55,395 bases of DNA from Octopus bimaculoides (Eukaryota): the NCBI RefSeq assembly GCF_001194135.2, contig NC_068990.1:94291581-94346975 (forward strand), written 5' to 3'. The position numbers and the translations under genes are program-made. Below are positions 1 to 12,895 of the stretch, one piece after another (the stretch's first letter is position 1; the number at the start of each line of letters is the position of its first letter). Under the pieces are notes generated by a model. The model was not told the origin of the DNA. It was given only the letters and a program-made list of their open reading frames with translations, and searched no databases.

Positions 1-89
1 AAAAAAAAAAAATCGGCTTTTCAAAATTTTAATGCCCCATCCGCCAATTTTTCACTTTTTTTTTAGCGAAATACGTAGAAAAATACAGA

Positions 90-735
90 TTATGATTCTG
101 AAAAAAAAAATTGTGGAATAGATTTCTATGTTTTAGATGTCGGAGATTACGAATATGCAAAAAAAAAAAATTATTTCACCCCTCCCCCCAATTTAAATTT
201 TTACTTTATTTTAGAGATCGTAGCGAATTGACGAACATATGGGAATCAAAATTAAATACAAAAACATCAAAGTGAAAAGAATTTGCGTTTTACTTTTGTT
301 TGCCTTAAATAATCGTAAATAATAATTTAATGTAAATTAAATATACACTTTTATCAGAAACAAACATTAATGCTTAATAATGAATGTTATAAAGTTTAAT
401 AAGGGGCTCAAATTTCACCACCTCCTCCAATTTTAAATTTTGAACTTTTTCATCCATTTATTTATCTGTTTATCTCTTCCGTTTATTCATAAAATATATT
501 TGTCAACTAAATGTGGTGGTCCTATAGAAGCCCAGGAAGACATTTATATCTATCTATTTATATACATATCTATATGCTTACTGAATTATTTAAAATTTTG
601 AAAACATGGTTTGACGATATTTCGTACTGGTATCGAAAGATCGCCGGGAGAGGGTTAAAGAAAAAGTATTTTTTTGCATATTTGTAATTCCCGACATCTA
701 AAACATAGGAATCCGAAAAAATGCGTTCAGAATCT
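90..735. repeat. Inverted pair of a degenerate spacer repeat (MITE/foldback-like)
   Basis: GATTTCTATGTTTTAGATGTCGGAGATTACGAATATGCAAAA at ~121-170; near reverse complement at ~669-713. Boundaries approximate. Confidence 0.55.
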
Positions 736-1812
736 CTGCAGTCGAAAAGGTGGGTTTCTGTAGAAAACAGAAAAAAAAAAAAGATAACCGAAAGTGGTCC
801 CTGTCCGTCACCTTCGTGGTCCCTATCCCTCACCTCATCTACAATGACAGTTCACTAAGCGAGGGCATCTTAATTCAGAGTGGTCTCCCTTGCCCTGTTT
901 TCACTCCAAATCTGCGTTCAAGCTTATAGGGAAGAATCAAGGTATGTCGATAATGACCCAGAGTTTGTTCTATGCCTAAACACCGTAATGCACGTCAACA
1001 TTTAGTGGCTAGTCGCAAAGATGCATTATTTTGAGATCAGATCAGGTCGAACCAATCAATATGTGACTGATCCTCTATACCTGTTATTTGTTGGGGGGTA
1101 GTTGTTTCCTTGCATTGTTCTCGGGGTAGGTGGGTGCTTTTATGGTTTCTGATTGTCTTGATAGCGTGAGAAAAAGTGATTTTAGGGGTGTTGTAGAAGT
1201 CTGCACGTTTGTGCATACAGAAGGAATGGTGAGGATTTTGTGAAACTTATAATGAGACCCTGATTGTTTATCCTCATTTCGGTCTTAACTGTACAGAACA
1301 TCGCATCTTTCTGGGCTTATCGAACATCATTTGTTGTAGGTTTACCGAGAAAAATCTGGCTATTTCTAGCATTTAGTATATCTGCTGCAGTTCGACGTGA
1401 CGCTTGGCCCAGGGTAAACGTTTAGGGAGCAACATGTTCAGCCTACAGTACTCTGGATGTTTTCTCTGTGTCAGTGTAGTTTGGAAAATTTGGCTGCTTT
1501 TTCTAGAATGTCGAATGACTGTAGAGGGTTATTAATTTACCAAGGGATTACAAGTCCAGTTTGAAGTAGATTTAATTGATGTAATAAAGTAATGTTAGTA
1601 GCTATTTCTAGTTGTACAAATCAATGATTACGAACGTACGACGCGATTGATTTAAAAATGAATCCCTTTAACACAGAAACAAGATGTAAGAATTTTCAAA
1701 TGTAGTGTAAGTTTGTGTGTGTATGGTAGGGATTACAGGTCAGAGGGTGCAATACCTGCCAGACACCTGTTTTCAAGACAAAAGCAATCACAAATTTATT
1801 GTAAATCGGAGC

Positions 1813-1942
1813 TAACAATCATGAGAATAAAGGTGGTCCTGAAAAGGACCGTTATTCTATGAGCAAGGACTAAGATTTGTTTGCTGCTGGGGCAATTGGT
1901 GACACTCCCAGAGATGGTGTGTTTGGCCAAATCACCAGTGAG
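1813..1942 (-). pseudogene. Degenerate histone H2B 3' fragment with intact 3' stem-loop
   Basis: Aligns to 3456-3590. Minus strand reads LTGDLAKHTIS-GS-VTNCPSSKQ vs [24 protein letters not shown]; about 9-nt deletion, stop lost, in-frame TAA at 1960-1958, no ATG. Confidence 0.85.
1835..1850 (-). terminator. Orphan histone 3' stem-loop GGTCCTTTTCAGGACC
   Basis: Identical to the H2B stem-loop at 3476-3491. Confidence 0.85.
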
Positions 1943-2499
1943 TTCCACGTTCAATATTTAGTAACAGAAGTGCATGTTAACCTTGGATCTTACATGCATT
2001 TTACAAGTATACATGAAGCGAATCGCAAGATAAACGATTTTGAGTATAAGAAAAATATGGTAAAATGAGAAACGACCCCAACCACTGACAGGTTGGTAAA
2101 GAATACATGCGTATACACACAATACACATTGTACATACATAAGCGATTCATAGGAAAAGATGCAGGTGTACGCGAGTGCATGGTTGTTCAGCTCACTTGG
2201 ACAAAAACAATGGGTGTTAACTGCTCAGAGCGGACGTGGAGGGAAAATGGTGGCATCAACCGCATATGAAATAAATTTAGTAAATTGCTGAACAACTGAT
2301 TATATTAACGTCTCTGATACCATCTCCGAAACATCGGTTACGATAAGGCTATGGAAGTGGGCGGATAATTTCTAGAGACTAGACCGATCGTTTCCCCTGC
2401 AACTAAAAAGAATTTAAGTGAGAAATATGCGAATATTCGGGGCTAATGCGGAATTACACCTATCCTTGAAAAATGCATTTAAAAAAAAAAAACTTTATT

Positions 2500-2870
2500 G
2501 ATTCCTACGTTTTAGATGTCAGATTACGAATATGCAAGAAAAAAATTTTTAATTTAACTCCCCCACCCACTCCACATACAATTTAAAATCTTGGAATTTT
2601 TTCAGAATTTTTTTTTAAAACCACCTTTTCCAAATTTCGTCACCCCGCCTCTCCGCAGCCCCACACAAAAACAGACCTTTACGATTTTTTTTGCCAGCGG
2701 ATTCCTTTGTTTTTGATGACGGAGATTCCGAAGATGCAAGAAACCGTTTTCAAAATTTTAAATTCTATAAGCATAGACAGATATAAATAAACGGATAGCG
2801 ATGAGGGAGAGGGTGAAATTTTTGAAAAAAATTTATTTTTTTGCATATTCGTAATCTGACATTTAAATCG
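2500..2870. repeat. Second inverted pair of the same spacer repeat
   Basis: TTTAGATGTCAGATTACGAATATGCAAG at ~2511-2538; inverse at ~2836-2870; diverged direct copy at ~2700-2745. Confidence 0.55.
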
Positions 2871-3475
2871 GATGAGGTGCGATTCTGCATTAGCCCCAAA
2901 TCAATATTTCGAGACGAGGAAGATTGTCTGCTAGGAACAACACACAAATCTCCCTTTAATCATACTTTTTTTTCGTCTGAATTTTTGACGATAAAGGCTT
3001 GGGAGTAGTGCCCACGAAATTCGGTTGTCAAATCTAAATATAGAATGATCGATGGAGGAGGGCACGGATTTTTCCACCATGGCCTTCGAAATGATGGGTG
3101 AATATTTAATTTCTCACCCATCCTCCGGGCCGCTGTTTCTAGCACATCACATGACCACCGTCACTCGCATGTATTGACGCTTCGAGTTTTAATTTCACCG
3201 AGATCATTCATTGATATCCGAAATGTCAAAACAAACATCTATTCGAAATCACTTTACCTACCCGTGGTGCCGTTGAAACCGCAACCCTGTGGTTGAGAAG
3301 CCAACCAAACCAAATTGTGTCCTATGTGCCTTGAAGTATATAAATCATAACGGACGTTTCTCTATTCCCTCAACCCATTCTATGGCCGTTGTCCCCTGCT
3401 AAGTCTGGAGAAAACTCCACAAGAAAATAGATCGCAAATCAGAAAGTCGAAAGTAACAATCATGAGAATATGGGT

Positions 3476-3491
3476 GGTCCTGAAAAGGACC
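3476..3491 (-). terminator. H2B 3' stem-loop
   Basis: GGTCCT-TTTC-AGGACC, 27 nt after the stop codon, followed by ACCCA. Confidence 0.95.
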
Positions 3492-3518
3492 GTTATTCTG
3501 AGCAAGTTCTAAGTAGAT

Positions 3519-3896
3519 TTACTTGCTGCTGGTGTACTTGGTGACAGCCTTGGTACCCTCAGAGACTGCGTGCTTGGCCAACTCACCAGGGAGGAGAAGA
3601 CGGACAGCAGTCTGAACCTCACGGCTACTGATGGTTGAACGTTTGTTGTAGTGAGCCAAACGACTGGCTTCAGAAGCTATTCTTTCGAACAGATCGTTGA
3701 CGAAACTGTTCATGATGGACATAGCTTTGCTGGAGATGCCAGTGTCGGGGTGGACTTGTTTCATTACTTTGTAGATGTAGATGGAATAACTTTCCTTCCT
3801 CTTCCTCTTTCGTTTCTTGTCTCCGGCAGGGCGAGTGGCCTTGGCCTTGGAGGCCTTCTTGGCTCCTTTCGAAGCAGTTGCTGGTGCTGGTGGCAT
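3519..3896 (-). CDS. H2B: Histone H2B (replication-dependent)
   Basis: Intronless 125-aa ORF with [28 protein letters not shown]...AVTKYTSSK; stem-loop downstream. Confidence 0.99.
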   Translation of the reverse strand: MPPAPATASKGAKKASKAKATRPAGDKKRKRKRKESYSIYIYKVMKQVHPDTGISSKAMSIMNSFVNDLFERIASEASRLAHYNKRSTISSREVQTAVRLLLPGELAKHAVSEGTKAVTKYTSSK

Positions 3897-4159
3897 TGCG
3901 TCAGTTACACAGAAGTGAATTAACTGTCCAACTCCTTGCCTACTCTATTTATAGTTGACAAGTAGGCTCAGCGGAGCAACTGGCTGACGTTGCGCGCCTT
4001 TCAATTTGATTGGTGGAGCAGCCTAATCACGTGACATAAACCCGCGCTTCAGCAGCTTCTGACTGCTGGAGCCTACTGACTTGTATTTAAAGGCAAAAAG
4101 CAGCGCTTGTTGTCATTCATTCGGTTCGTTTGTTGAAAACTGTTATCCATCTTTGAATA
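3897..4159. promoter_or_regulatory. Bidirectional H2B/H2A promoter
   Basis: TATAAATA (minus, 3946-3953), TATTTAAA (plus, 4084-4091), inverted CCAAT 4009-4013, CACGTG 4028-4033, mirrored GAGCCTACT at 3961-3969(-) and 4069-4077(+). Confidence 0.8.
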
Positions 4160-4540
4160 ATGTCTGGTCGTGGTAAAGGAGGAAAAGTAAAGGGTAAGAG
4201 CAAGACCCGCTCATCCCGTGCCGGGCTTCAGTTCCCCGTCGGTCGTATCCACCGTCTTCTCCGTAAGGGAAACTATGCTCAACGTGTTGGTGCCGGGGCC
4301 CCAGTCTACTTGGCCGCTGTGATGGAATATTTGGCTGCCGAGGTGTTGGAATTGGCAGGAAATGCTGCCAGAGACAACAAGAAATCAAGAATTATTCCCC
4401 GTCACTTGCAGTTGGCCATCCGTAACGACGAAGAATTGAACAAGCTTTTGTCTGGAGTGACCATTGCCCAGGGCGGTGTCCTTCCCAACATCCAGGCTGT
4501 TCTTCTCCCCAAGAAGACCCAGAAGGCTTCTACCAAGTAA
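4160..4540 (+). CDS. H2A: Histone H2A (canonical; no H2A.X SQ-tail)
   Basis: 126-aa ORF with [24 protein letters not shown]...[13 protein letters not shown]. Confidence 0.99.
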   Translation: MSGRGKGGKVKGKSKTRSSRAGLQFPVGRIHRLLRKGNYAQRVGAGAPVYLAAVMEYLAAEVLELAGNAARDNKKSRIIPRHLQLAIRNDEELNKLLSGVTIAQGGVLPNIQAVLLPKKTQKASTK

Positions 4541-4577
4541 ATTACTTAAAGGAGGCATTTTTGCTTTCCATATCAAC

Positions 4578-4593
4578 GGTCCTTTTCAGGGCC
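4578..4593 (+). terminator. H2A 3' stem-loop
   Basis: GGTCCT-TTTC-AGGGCC (one U-G wobble). Confidence 0.93.
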
Positions 4594-5088
4594 CCTACAT
4601 TTTCCTGATCGTCCTCTCTACCCCGTTTGCGATTTGTTTTCAAGGGATCGAACATTGTAATAGTACGTTAGTGTTGACTGGAGCCCTCTTTCCATTAAAT
4701 TTTTAATCGTATGAATTTGTGCAGAACATTCGCCGCAAGAATTTTCTGTCAGTCTAATCATTAGTGAAGTAGCATTTGGCCATAGCTTGTTTTTATCACC
4801 ATTTATATTTATTGTAAATTAGGACTTGAAACCCAATTTTCTTGTCCCATAGTTTTTTTCCTCATAACTTTTAGGAAGATGGGTTCTTTATTCAACGAAA
4901 TTTTATATAAATACCTTTCAGACGGTATACATTACGATTATAAAGAAATCTGGGGGTGTGGAGAGGACTTCGGGAAGTTCATATCCGAGTTTTTCCCTCA
5001 TAACTGCATGTGTGTGTATATATATATATATATATATGTATCTATCTCTATATATACTTAGAGACAGTAATAACGAGTNNNNNNNNNN

Positions 5089-5252
5089 GAGTAATAGATA
5101 GATAGACAGACAGACATATAGCTCGCTCCGTCCAGTCATGGTATTAGCTGTCAGTAGCCAAAGAATCGACAGGCCAGCAACAGGCAGACAGACAGATACT
5201 TCTCTAGCAGTGATCACTTTCACTTCTGACAGCTAATAGCATGACCAGTGCC
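5089..5252. mobile_element. Right arm only of the foldback element at 9853-10447
   Basis: Near-identical to ~10285-10447 and ends in AGTGCC; begins at a 10-N gap (5079-5088). Confidence 0.8.
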
Positions 5253-6477
5253 CGAATATGAAAATGTTTCCCCACACACACACACACGGACATCTTCGAT
5301 ATTTTCCAGCGGATTCGTTTTCGAAGACGGGGTTTCTAAATATATATACGTGTGTACAGAGATAAACGGATATTTATAAATAAATAAATGGACAAATGCT
5401 TTTCACTTCAATGTTTTTATCTAATTCGCTAAAATAATAAAAACATTTCAGTCTGGAAGGGGCAGGGTGTAAATTTAAAAAGTGTATTTTCCGACGTCGT
5501 ATCGTTATGCTCGTAGAATACGCCAAAATCAGCTCATAATCGTGTGAATTTGTGCAACACAAGTTCGCAAAAGTGAAAATTCCAAAATTAAAGCTGTGGG
5601 GTACTTAGGCCAGTCTTATAATGATGCGAATCTGACATGGAGGCCGTGTGAAGAAAGAAATGCTATTGCAGTTAACTGAAAAATCAGAGGGAGGCAGGGG
5701 TGTAAGAAAGAGACGAGGAAGGTATCAGGTGGTCGTGCGATGTGCTAAAAGACCCTAATCTTTTTTATATACCTAAAAGGCTGCTCTCCGCAAATATTTT
5801 TTAATCAACAACCAATAATTCATGATAGGAGAAAACCGCATATTAATACCACTACCATAGTTAGTTAAAATAAACTTTCTAGACTTTTAGGCGGAAGACC
5901 ATTATGAAAAAGAATTGAGACTTAAGGGCCATTTAGTTATTACTTCAAACATCTCACGACCAAGTTACCTTCCTTGTCACTGGTAATTTTTATCTCTCCT
6001 CATAAACACTTAATGGAAGGTGAATGGAATAACGATGCACCTAAAGGCGATCCACTGCTGGCGTATTTCAAAATCTGACGTAGGTATTCCTACACTTCTG
6101 TATGGATGCCTTCCACATTTACTTTTGTTTATTACCTTGTGGAGTCTGGGCAGGGAAAAATGTCCTTTACAGAGATATTATAACCCCCAACTTTATAAAA
6201 TCCGTGTCCGAGCTACATTATCTGAAGGGAAAGCTGTGGGTTAAACAATTTCCAAAATGTACAAACTGATCATGCAACCGAATTAAAATTTAATATAGGA
6301 TTCAAGTGCATCGAAACTCATAGAATAACATGAAACGAGAAAAGTATTAACTGGTCGATGCAAACGCGAATCCATCTCAGCCAATCTATATCAAACTTAT
6401 AATCTAACTAAAGAAAACGCAAACAAAAGTATAGCATATCAAATGATCGAAAGAGAATACTAAGGATATAATGTAGG

Positions 6478-6493
6478 GGCCCTAAAAAGGGCC
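6478..6493 (-). terminator. H3 3' stem-loop
   Basis: GGCCCT-TTTT-AGGGCC, 30 nt after the stop codon. Confidence 0.93.
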
Positions 6494-6523
6494 ATTTTAA
6501 GATGCTGACAAAGCAAAAGCGAC

Positions 6524-7760
<1,237 letters not shown>

Positions 7761-7791
7761 GCTTAGAATTTTTCAAGCGTCGTCACACACC

Positions 7792-7807
7792 GGCCCTTTT
7801 CAGGGCC
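7792..7807 (+). terminator. H4 3' stem-loop
   Basis: GGCCCT-TTTC-AGGGCC. Confidence 0.95.
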
Positions 7808-9109
7808 ACTACATCTTCCTTGAAGTTCAACGATGATTGTACTATCATTTTCCTGCGATTTTTCAATGAAGTTTAAGTGTAAGGTTTGGGGTCCAGACAA
7901 CCCCTTCGGTTGTACTTTGCGGTAATTCGTCTTTCGTCGCAGTCATTTAGGCTGGGCTGGTGCCAGACTCCGACCCGTAATTAGAAGTGAACGGTTGTTT
8001 CGTCATTCTGCATTCGTTATAGCGAAGAGATCACGACAGCGCCAGGTCACTGGGACGAAAATAGTCTTCATAGGTGATCTTTATATATCAGTTTTGTGAG
8101 ATTTGGCTTTATTTCTAGCATATGGATGTGGCCTGCTTCGAGGCCAAGGCCGTAGAATTGGCAGAGTAGGGAGTATAAATGTAATTTTTTTTTTTTTTTT
8201 TTTCAGAATTCTAATCTTAGTATTTTTCTGCGTATTTCGCAAAAAGACTAAAATGGAGGGGGGATTGAAGTTTTGAAAGCAGAATTAGATTCTCCATAAC
8301 CAAAAGCATGGGATTCCGTAAAAAAGCATTTTGCCGGAAGTTATGACAGAAAAATCAGGTCTTGTGAATTTTCCGAAAATCCTCCCAATCCCCCAGGTTC
8401 GTTTACGCAAGTTTTTTTTTGTCATTCGTTTTCTACGCAGTTGTTGATGGGTGAATATGTTTACGGTATAGATGTGGAATTTATCTTAAATTTCATTTAA
8501 ATACACATTAGAAATTGCAGCGGATGAAACGAACAATTTAAAATAAAAGATTGCATGCCTTTTATAGTGGATCCATTGGATCAACTGTCCTGGGGTTAAA
8601 AATCTGGCGACATTCTTGTAAATGTACCCTGTTGTCACCCGACATTACGCTCCTCTATTTCAGACGATGGTTGTGGATGCGACTTTACCACTCGTTTATC
8701 ACCTGCTGGTGTTTCTAGCACATCCTAAGACGGCCCTCGTTTCTTTCTCACTCGAATGTTTTTCAATATTTTTCTCCTTGATTTTCTTTTTTTTTTGCAA
8801 CCCCACTCCCTGCCCTCGATTGATGTCTGTTTATGAATTAAAATATTGGAGAGCCTGAGAAGATCGTTGCTAGCATTTATCTACAGCAGGGGTTCCCAAC
8901 CAGAGTCTACGTGTAAAAAGTTGTAATTTGTGGGTCTGCCGAGTAAGTTTAAAATTGTTAAAATAACCATCCAAGTTCAAAATATTTCATTAGGTTAACA
9001 TCAGTTAAATTGTAAGAAATAAAAGTTACAGTAAGAAGGCAAAATAAAGGTGATTATAATTTGAAATTCTGATACCAGATAAGCAAATTTTTAGTGGATT
9101 ACATGGGAC

Positions 9110-9463
9110 CTAGTTGTCACCCCGGAAGGATGAAGGGAAGTTGGCCTCGGCGAAATTCAACGTTAGCCTAGAGGAAACGTGGATTTCAAATGTTGGCACA
9201 AGGCCAGCAATTTCGACGCCGTTGTTCAGTTGGTACTTTATTTATCAACACTAACGGCAAGAGATACAGCTAAACATTTTTGCCCGGATTGCTAACGATT
9301 CTTATTTCTTTTACTGCCTACAAGGGAACAAACGGATATCGACCCCGAAAGGCAAAGTCGACTTCGGCGGAATTTGAACTCAGAACGTAGCGGCATACGA
9401 AATACCATTTAAACATTTCGCGCGCGGCTTGCTACCAACGGTTCTGCCAGCTCTACGCCGCTT
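9110..9463 (-). mobile_element. tRNA-type SINE fragments (family also at 15246-15460)
   Basis: GTCGACTTCGGCGGAATTTGAACTCAGAACGT and ...TTCTGCCAGCTC..CGCC are the reverse complement of the 15246 copy. Confidence 0.65.
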
Positions 9464-9852
9464 GTAAGTTCATTAATAAATTAAAGGTGTTGAAGTGGTT
9501 TTGCTAAAGATTATCTCCCTTTAACAATATGGAAACTTGATAAATTGGAAGAAGTCAGCCATTTATACAAGTCGTTAATTATAAAGCTATTCTAGCTCGA
9601 TATTTCATTCCATTTTAAAATATGTAGTTTATTGATTGTTGTGGGAGTGCTACGTCATATTTTGGCAATTATATTTCTTGCAAATATGACTACCATACAA
9701 TAATTATAATTCAATTTCTTAATGTTTATATGAAATGAATACCAATTTTCAAAAGAAAACTATTTATAACCTTAAAGAAATTTCTCATTTTGTATAACCT
9801 TTCTATACTAGTTTACCATGATTCTCAATGTGTGCGTAGCATTGCATTTCTT

Positions 9853-10447
9853 GGCACTGTCATGCTATTTAGCTGTCAGAAGTGAAAGTGTTCACTGCTA
9901 GTGAAGTATCTGTCTGTCTGCCTGCATGCCTGTCGATTCTTTGGCTACTGACAGCTAATACCATGACTGGCCGGAGCGAGCTATCTGTCTGTCTCTCTCT
10001 CTCTCTATCACTCGAAAGTTATTGGAACAAATTTGACACCTATTTCCATGCGTTTGAAAACACACAAGAGTATAAGGGTACTACTAAAGCAGAGTGGTCC
10101 CGAACGCGCTAAGCTAGTCGTGAGTGGTCGATCCTATTATTTTTAAACTTCATTTGTTTTCTATTTTGATAAATTCTCTCTGTTGAAAATTCGGGACCAC
10201 TCTGCTTTAGTAGTACCCTTATACTCTGTGTGTTTTCAAACGCATGGATATAGGTGTCAAATTTGTTCCAATAACTTTCGAGTGATAGAGAGACAGACCG
10301 ACATATAGCTCGCTCCGGCCAGTCATGGTATCAGCTGTCAGTAGCCAAAGAATCGACAGGCCAGCAACAGGCATGCCAGGCAGACAGACAGATACTTCAC
10401 TAGCAGTGAGCACTTTCACTTCTGACAGCTAATAGCATGATAGTGCC
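9853..10447. mobile_element. Non-autonomous foldback/MITE DNA transposon; ~250-bp TIRs, 8-bp TSD
   Basis: Arms ~9853-10103 and ~10191-10447; termini GGCAC...GTGCC; CATTTCTT at 9845-9852 and 10448-10455. Confidence 0.9.
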
Positions 10448-11744
10448 CATTTCTTTACTCATTGCCTGCCACAAAGAACTCCCTCCTCTATATATGATGG
10501 AAAGCATGACTGGAGAAATAAACCGTTTACTTTGGCTGTTATTTTTATAGAGAGGTAATAATTTATTTAAACGATGATCAGAACAACCATACAAATATTG
10601 AGACAATTTTATTTGTTGAGGAAATCCGTTCCTTCATTTTGCATCATTCGCACCTAATCTTAATATTTAACTGAAATGTTGAGGTGGAAAGATTACTCAA
10701 CAGCATGGATAGTTTTAGATGTTTTTGAAATATATTAAGATTTTTTTTTATAGAAGTCTAAATTTAAGGTCATTTTTCACTGTTACCAGACTACACAAAC
10801 CTTATACACTTTTAAAAAACTGTTATAAGAAAGCAAAAACATCATATTAAAATAGCAATCAATTTGATTTTCAAATCGGTAATGGCCACCTGACTATAAA
10901 TTTGGAGTTTTTGTGTATTTTATTTTTATAGAATAGCATTAAGGGTAGTTCCTCACATTTATCTTGCCTTGATACAAGTTTCCAATTATGCAATGATTTC
11001 AACTAAGACTCCCACTGGATGGGACTCCTTATTTGTGGGCAATATGCATTAATGAAAGTAATTTGACATACAATAAAATTGCTGTCCCACTGCATGGTGG
11101 TACCTTGAGCAAGTGTCTTCTGCTATAACCTCAAGATGACCGAAGTCTTGTGAGTGGATTTGGTAGATGGAAACTTAGTCTCTCTCTTAGAATCAAGTTT
11201 TTACATAACTTTACTCACTGTTACAAATGTTTCAAGTAATTTGAGGAATTGTTTCCTTGCTTATAAGAGAATGGTCATAGATTAAACGAAATTATTTATT
11301 ATGTACACAAGCCATTGTACATTGTGAGGAAACATTTGAAACGGTGAATAAAGTTATGTAGAAAACTTAGTCTCCATTCTTTGTCTGAATACTCTGTAAT
11401 TAATGCATCAATTAGTGAATAATCTCTACAGCTTTTATGGATTGGCTGGTGTATGTAATCAATATTGATTATTTATACTCTTCACTGGACATTCTACTAG
11501 CCAGGTTTAATCACATGGTAGAGCTGAATGAGGTATTTTCTTCAATGTTTTTAATCTTTCTTAGGCGTTTGTGTCTCCTTGTCTTAACATGGTGCAATAT
11601 TGTAAAGGTAATATTTAAGTGATAATAACAGATTTTTATATCTTTTTGGTTTGGTTGTGATGGGCGTTATTCAACAATGTGTAGCAAGAGTGCTAGTTTA
11701 TCTTAAACTGAATATGTTTGGCTGTATTGGAGTATACTGAAACC

Positions 11745-12030
11745 ATATTATGGTTCAGTGGTTAGGCCGCATGTGTTCTTGAGCAAGACACTTTATTTCA
11801 CATTGCTCCAGTTAACTCTCAGCTGTAGAAATGAGTTGTGACGTCACAGGTGCCAAACTGTATCGGCCCCTTTTGCCTTTCCCTTGGATAACATCAGTGG
11901 TGTGGAGAGGGGAGGCTGGTATGCATGGGCGACTGCTGGTCTTCCACAAACAACCTTGCCTGGACTTGTGCCTCGGAGGATAACTTTCTAGGTGCAATCC
12001 CATGGCCCTTCATGACTGAAGGGGGGGGGG
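11745..12030 (+). mobile_element. SINE-like repeat
   Basis: tRNA-like head (GGTTCAGTGGTTAGG) plus TTCTTGAGCAAGACACTT core; related cores near 11100, 34700-34830, 38850-38960(-), 43800-43950(-), 47020-47160(-). Confidence 0.55.
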
Positions 12031-12249
12031 GTCTCCTCCTCTGATAGTTGCTCTTTAGCCACAAAATACTCTGCTTTGCCAGATGCGTCTGACAGGCAAC
12101 CACACTTTTTTTTGTTTTGTTTTGCAATTTCTTCAAATTACTGCACCAGCTTAATAACAACAATGTTATTATTTTATCAAATTCATTATTTTCAAAATTA
12201 ATTCAAACAGTATATTTCATCAGAAATATGGCAACAAAAAAATGTTCAT

Positions 12250-12510
12250 GTCATCTCTGTAACTAAATAAAAGCTGGAAGCAAACTGCCATGATCATAAC
12301 CGATGCTATAAGAGTCTGAACACTTAAACTTCTCAACAGATATCTTACAATATGGCATTTGTCAAAGTGTCCACTAAGTCAATAAATGCAAGAATCATTT
12401 GTTCCCAGCTCACTGCTTTTCTGGTAGATATTTCAGGAGAAATATAACTGTGGTTCCATTCCTAGTGCAGGTTCCAAACCACCTTTAAACTGTTACATTG
12501 CCTTCCAAGT
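12250..12510 (-). mobile_element. Degraded LINE reverse-transcriptase relic
   Basis: Frameshifted GTTVIFLLK...EK...GNK..AFIDLVDT, resembling RT GTTDAIF...QEK...AFVDLEKAFD. Confidence 0.55.
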
Positions 12511-12519
12511 TTGAAATGC

Positions 12520-12895
12520 ACGGTCATGTGATGTGTACGGATGCTGAGCTCTAATTATGGGGGGAACCTGTAGAAGGGGTAGACCCAGGAAGACATGGAA
12601 CAAAATGGTGAGAAAGGATCTTCCGACGCTAGGCTTCAGTGGAGAAATGATAAGGGGCCAGGAGTTGTGAGATTTGCTGTCCTTGAGAAGAATCCATACA
12701 TACAGGCTTGTCCTTTACAGATGCCAGTGCTGCATAAATACAAGCACCCAGCACACACTGTGAAGTGGGTGGCATTAGGAAGGGCATCCAGCCATGGACA
12801 CCAGCCACCACAGACAATTCCCTCGCTGGCCAGCTACATGTCAAACCATCCGACCCATGCCAGCAAGGAAAACAGATGTTAAGTGATGATGATGA
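12520..12895 (+). mobile_element. RTE-clade LINE 3' end with tail
   Basis: GRPRKTW-like ORF end followed by GGCATTAGGAAGGGCATCCAGC...CCCATGCCAGC...GATGATGATGA. Confidence 0.7.

Noticed and set aside
2228-2250. GAGCGGACGTGGAGGGAAAA resembling an H4/H2A start
   Set aside because: Only a 12-nt exact match with no continuing homology; not enough to call a second decayed gene.
4600-4720. Poly(A) signals after histone stem-loops (dual 3' ends)
   Set aside because: Only scattered ATTAAA (e.g. 4694-4699) in AT-rich sequence; not distinguishable from chance.
8115-8165. GCCAAGGCCGTAGAATTGGCAG resembling H2A AEVLELAG codons
   Set aside because: 17 of 22 identity over a short stretch with no flanking support.
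8887-8900. CAGGGGTTCCCAAC hAT/Charlie-like terminus
   Set aside because: No matching right TIR or TSD found.
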